From contig JAFGCK010000053.1 of NCBI GenBank assembly GCA_016932675.1, positions 4,748-68,747 of the forward strand: a stretch of 64,000 nucleotides of DNA, in the 5' to 3' direction. Source of the stretch: Methanosarcinaceae archaeon (lineage in GTDB: Archaea > Halobacteriota > Methanosarcinia > Methanosarcinales > Methanosarcinaceae). Under the pieces are notes generated by a model that saw only the letters and a program-made list of their open reading frames with translations, was not told where the DNA came from and searched no databases. Below are positions 60,200-64,000 of this stretch, one piece after another; the stretch's first letter is position 1, and every line of letters starts with the position of its first letter. Both the position numbers and the translations under genes were made by a program.

Positions 60200-61963
60200 A
60201 TGTGGGATAAAAAGAACAGATGGAGCCTTGTAATCTTTGCAGTGATAGTACTGCTTCTGGTCGGGTCTATAGTCTTCTTCTGGATGAAGGCAAACAATGA
60301 GGTAAGATCTATCATGGAGGACCAGTATCAGAACCAGCAACTGATACTCACGCAATATATCTCTTCTTCGCTTGAGGAATTGCTCAATGAGAGGGTGCTG
60401 CTACTTGAGGTGACGGCCAAAAACGAGCAGGGGATTCCTGATGATAATTTTGTTTCGGATTTTGAGACGATATACCGGGCGGCCGAGATATACTATGTGC
60501 TTGAGTTCATCGATGCCAATGGTACTGTGATATCAGGCTATCCGTCAGCGAATGTGCCTTATGGTTACAATCTTTATGAGAATGATAATGAGTGGGCCTT
60601 CGAGCATGTAAGGAAGAGCGGCGAAGTACACATCTCTGAACCTGCTATGACAATGGAGGGAATTTTCGGGTCCTTTGTCTGGGTTCCTGTCTTTGAAAAT
60701 GGTACGTTCAGGGGTACTATCTTTGGTATCGTTTCGGATGAGAATATCATCCGCCAGTTCGATACAGCTTCCAACAGCTCCAATACTGTCTATCTTCTTA
60801 ACAGTAAAGGCGAGGTGATCTATGACCAGTCAGGTATGTACGGGAAAGGCACAAGTTATTTTGACCACATAAGCGGCGATGAGCCTGAACGCCTGGATAT
60901 GGTCAGGGCCCAGATAAACGGTATGGAGGGAAATGGCAAGTATCCCGATACGGTTTCAAACGGCCATGGGCAGGACATACTGGTCTCATACTCCCCGGTC
61001 ACGTGGTATAATAAGAACTGGTCCCTGGGTATTCTAAGTCCCGGTAACGAGGTTGATAAGATCATTGTCTCTGTCTACGTAAAACTGTTCACAGTGACCG
61101 GTCTTTCCGTGCTTTTCATACTGTTCCTGAGCTCCCAGGTATACTTCATACTGCTTAACTGGAACAGGAGCCTTGAACAGGAAGTTGAGAAAAAGACCCA
61201 TGAACTTCAGAGGTCCAATGAATCACTGGTTTCTGCAAATCTCAAGCTCCAGGAACTCGATAGGCTTAAGACCGAGTTCCTTTCCATGGTTTCCCATGAG
61301 CTGAAAACTCCCCTTACTGCAATGAAGACCTCCAGTGAGTTCCTCCTTGAAGAAAAATGTGATTATGATACCCGCAAACAGTTGCTTGCCCTTATAAACA
61401 GGAATGTTGACAGGCAGGCCAGGATGGTGGATGATCTTCTGGATGTATCCCGGATCGAGTCAAACAGGATGAGGTTCGAGATGGAAAGCGTTGACCTGCA
61501 TGAAGTTCTGGACCATTCCCTTGAGAACATCCGCAGGCTTTCAGAGGACAAGGATATAGAGATCAGGGCCGATATTGCGGAATCCCTCGCACATGTAAGG
61601 GCAGACAGGGACAAGCTGGTCCAGGTATTCGTCAATCTCCTGAACAATGCCATAAAGTTCACTCCGGGAGGCGGGGAGATCACTGTTTCGGCACAGGAGG
61701 TATCACAGGATGAGGAGGTATCACAGGATGTAGAGATAAGTGTCAGGGATAACGGGATAGGTATCGATGCTGAGAACCTGGAGCGTGTATTCGACAAGTT
61801 CTACCAGATCGACAGCACCTCCACGCGCAAGGCAGGTGGATGCGGACTCGGGCTATCTATTACTAAAGGCCTGGTCGAGGGTATGGGCGGTTCTATCCGG
61901 GTGGAAAGTGAACCCGGCAAAGGAAGCACATTTATCTTCACCCTGGCAAAGGATAGGTTATGA
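60200..61963 (+). CDS. Membrane-bound sensor histidine kinase with extracellular Cache-like domain
   Basis: 587 aa; two TMs, SHELKTPL, NLLNNAIKF, DNGIGI, GCGLGL. Confidence 0.92.
   Translation: MWDKKNRWSLVIFAVIVLLLVGSIVFFWMKANNEVRSIMEDQYQNQQLILTQYISSSLEELLNERVLLLEVTAKNEQGIPDDNFVSDFETIYRAAEIYYVLEFIDANGTVISGYPSANVPYGYNLYENDNEWAFEHVRKSGEVHISEPAMTMEGIFGSFVWVPVFENGTFRGTIFGIVSDENIIRQFDTASNSSNTVYLLNSKGEVIYDQSGMYGKGTSYFDHISGDEPERLDMVRAQINGMEGNGKYPDTVSNGHGQDILVSYSPVTWYNKNWSLGILSPGNEVDKIIVSVYVKLFTVTGLSVLFILFLSSQVYFILLNWNRSLEQEVEKKTHELQRSNESLVSANLKLQELDRLKTEFLSMVSHELKTPLTAMKTSSEFLLEEKCDYDTRKQLLALINRNVDRQARMVDDLLDVSRIESNRMRFEMESVDLHEVLDHSLENIRRLSEDKDIEIRADIAESLAHVRADRDKLVQVFVNLLNNAIKFTPGGGEITVSAQEVSQDEEVSQDVEISVRDNGIGIDAENLERVFDKFYQIDSTSTRKAGGCGLGLSITKGLVEGMGGSIRVESEPGKGSTFIFTLAKDRL
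61695..61730 (+). repeat. Exact 18-bp tandem duplication within the kinase ATPase domain
   Basis: AGGAGGTATCACAGGATG twice, encoding (Q/E)EVSQD twice. Confidence 0.9.
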
Positions 61964-62012
61964 TCGATAGATCACGTTCTGTCTATATATAAAAGAGCAG
62001 GAAGGTATTACA

Positions 62013-62324
62013 ATGTTGGTAACGACAACAAATGGTTTAGAGGGCAAGGAACTGGAGATCCTTGGTGTGGTATTCGGAAATACTGTGCGTGCAAAGCATA
62101 TCGGCAGTGACATTGCTGCAGGTCTGAAGAACATTGTAGGCGGTGAGCTCAAAGGCTATTCTGATATGCTTACGCAGGCAAGGAAAGAGGCTCTTTCCAG
62201 GATGATCGAGGAAGCAAAGCGGATGGATGCCGATGCAGTGGTCAATGTGAGGTTCACGACCTCCCAGACAATGGCAGGTGCTGCGGAATTACTTGCATAC
62301 GGCACTGCTGTGAAGATCCGGTGA
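62013..62324 (+). CDS. YbjQ/UPF0145 family protein
   Basis: 103 aa; GNTVRAKHIGSDI, GGELKGY, ELLAYGTAV. Confidence 0.92.
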   Translation: MLVTTTNGLEGKELEILGVVFGNTVRAKHIGSDIAAGLKNIVGGELKGYSDMLTQARKEALSRMIEEAKRMDADAVVNVRFTTSQTMAGAAELLAYGTAVKIR

Positions 62325-62942
62325 AAAGCGCCTGCAGCATCTCCGAACAGAATTCACACATAAAAAGTATTTTTATGCTTTTTGTTGTATGATACTTAAT
62401 TTACCCGGTCACAATATTTGTTCCGGAAGCCAGGTCGCGATCTCTTTAAAATGCCTCTGAGCATAAGATGTTCTTGTTCATCCTGTTAAGATGGGTTCGG
62501 GTTAAATAAAAAAGACCTGTTATTGATTGCAGGCCGAGGATACAAGCTACGGGACAGGAAGTGGAGCTACAGGGATGTTTGATATGCCGGTCCGCAGGGA
62601 GCGGTACTATGAGCGTGGAACTCTATCAGGTGTCGTATCCTTCCTTCTTTTGTTGTGAGCACTGACAGGGCCGTGTTCCTGTTGCCCGGGACCAGGCTCT
62701 GAATGGGTTGGTACTAAACTGAAGGAGGATTGCATTTTGATCTCTTCTCCCTGTCCGCTTTTAGGTCCCTCAGGTTCATAACCTCCATAGGGTAAAGATA
62801 TGTACGATTCTTTACAAATTGCAAGAAGTATCGTTATAAGTGCACGATTGCGGTTTTTTAGCAGTTTCACAGCAAGCTTATATATATTCACTTGAACAAT
62901 CTACACTATTAAGGTTGGTTAATCATTCTAAAAGGTGTAAAA

Positions 62943-64000
62943 ATGAAACACAATTCCTATATAGGATTTTGCTGTTTGCTGGCCTGCCTGATAGCTTTGT
63001 CTTCATCCTCCTCTGCCTCTCTCCTGAACCATTCATTCCTTGAGGGTCCATATGAGACAGGACCGGATGTGACTGCCGAGTGCATATCATGTCACTCCCA
63101 GCAGGCAGCAGACATGCTGAACTCCTCTCACTGGCTCTGGACAACATGTGCACATTGTGGGTGTGAGGAAGAAAAGTTCTCAGGATTGGGCAAAAGAACA
63201 GTTATCAATAACTTCTGTGTTGCTGTTGCTTCCAATGAACCGCGCTGTACTTCCTGCCATACGGGATATGGCTGGGAAGATAATACCTTTAACTTCAGCA
63301 ATGCATCTAACATCGACTGTGTGGTCTGCCATGAGACCACAGGAACCTACATAAAAATACCGACAGGTGCAGGGGCCGTTGATCCTTCTGTAGATCTTGT
63401 GGCTGTGGCTCAGAGTGTCTCAAGCCCCACACGCGATACATGCGGAGGCTACTGTCACTTCTACGGCGGCGGCGGTGATAACGTAAAGCATGGTGACATG
63501 TCATCTGCATTAGCTGATCCCCCAAGGGAACTTGATGTGCACATGGGAGGCATGGATTTCCAGTGCCAGAACTGTCACAAGACCACTGCGCACAACGTAG
63601 CAGGCCGCTTTGCCGGCATCCCCGGCTCAGAATGCAGGATCATGTGCTCGGATTGTCACAGCGAGACACCTCACCATGGCGAGTATAAGGTTCGCCTTGA
63701 CGACCATGCGGAATCAATTGCCTGCCAGAGCTGCCACATTCCGGGATTTGCCCGTGCGGTCCCCACAAAGATGTACTGGGACTGGTCCGAGGCCGGGAAG
63801 GATGTTGATTCTGTTCCTGTGGATGAATATGGACAGGCCACTTACAATATGATGAAGGGCGAATTCATCTGGGATATGAATGTCACACCTACGTATGCCT
63901 GGTTCAATGGCAGTTTTGACAAATACTATCTGGGCGACAAGCTCGATCCGGATAATGTAACTCCTCTGGTAACTCCACTGGGTGACCGCTATGATCCGAA
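62943..64000 (+). CDS. Octaheme tetrathionate reductase (OTR)-like multiheme cytochrome c, truncated at the window end
   Basis: Manually translated open frame from ATG 62943: signal peptide, CISCH, CTSCH, CVVCH, CGGYCH, CQNCH, CSDCH, CQSCH, plus HWLW, GK..VINNFC, HFYGGGGDNVKHGD and TKMYWDWSEAG. Missed by the track because there is no stop in the window. Confidence 0.88.
   Translation, partial: MKHNSYIGFCCLLACLIALSSSSSASLLNHSFLEGPYETGPDVTAECISCHSQQAADMLNSSHWLWTTCAHCGCEEEKFSGLGKRTVINNFCVAVASNEPRCTSCHTGYGWEDNTFNFSNASNIDCVVCHETTGTYIKIPTGAGAVDPSVDLVAVAQSVSSPTRDTCGGYCHFYGGGGDNVKHGDMSSALADPPRELDVHMGGMDFQCQNCHKTTAHNVAGRFAGIPGSECRIMCSDCHSETPHHGEYKVRLDDHAESIACQSCHIPGFARAVPTKMYWDWSEAGKDVDSVPVDEYGQATYNMMKGEFIWDMNVTPTYAWFNGSFDKYYLGDKLDPDNVTPLVTPLGDRYDP

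Noticed and set aside
62607-62891. 94-aa minus-strand ORF in the track
   Set aside because: No SD or motifs, and it starts within the AT-rich promoter region; the SD-linked ORF is in another frame
1-64000. tRNA, rRNA, transposase or integrase genes
   Set aside because: No convincing T-arm/cloverleaf, rRNA-like block, or DDE/HUH/tyrosine recombinase motif was seen by eye; a covariance-model scan would be needed to exclude them

Overview
Archaeal chromosomal window, most likely a methanogen of the Methanosarcinales. This is inferred from methanogenesis marker 14, mfnB, archaeal SAM synthetase, DGGGP synthase, HARP and a multiheme cytochrome c. Housekeeping genes include gatCAB, tmk, cdc48, mat, nadA/nadX/nadC, eno, polX and copA/copZ. 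They are interleaved with a dense set of envelope systems: an RND exporter with a COG1361-like partner, about 18 kb of LolCDE/MacB-type ABC genes with COG1361-like, Yip1 and PGF-CTERM-like partners, and a following sensor/two-component block. Several items are missed or broken in the ORF track: (i) a 127-bp-period array of alternating inverted arms, each built from three ~10-bp repeats, at 39673-39955; (ii) a methyltransferase with an in-frame amber codon (pyrrolysine readthrough or nonsense); (iii) a 1-nt frameshift in the RND gene; (iv) an OTR-like multiheme cytochrome with a CX3CH motif, truncated at the right edge; (v) several small ORFs. No rRNA, tRNA, CRISPR array or transposase was recognised. 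All family assignments come from motif recognition by eye, not database searches.
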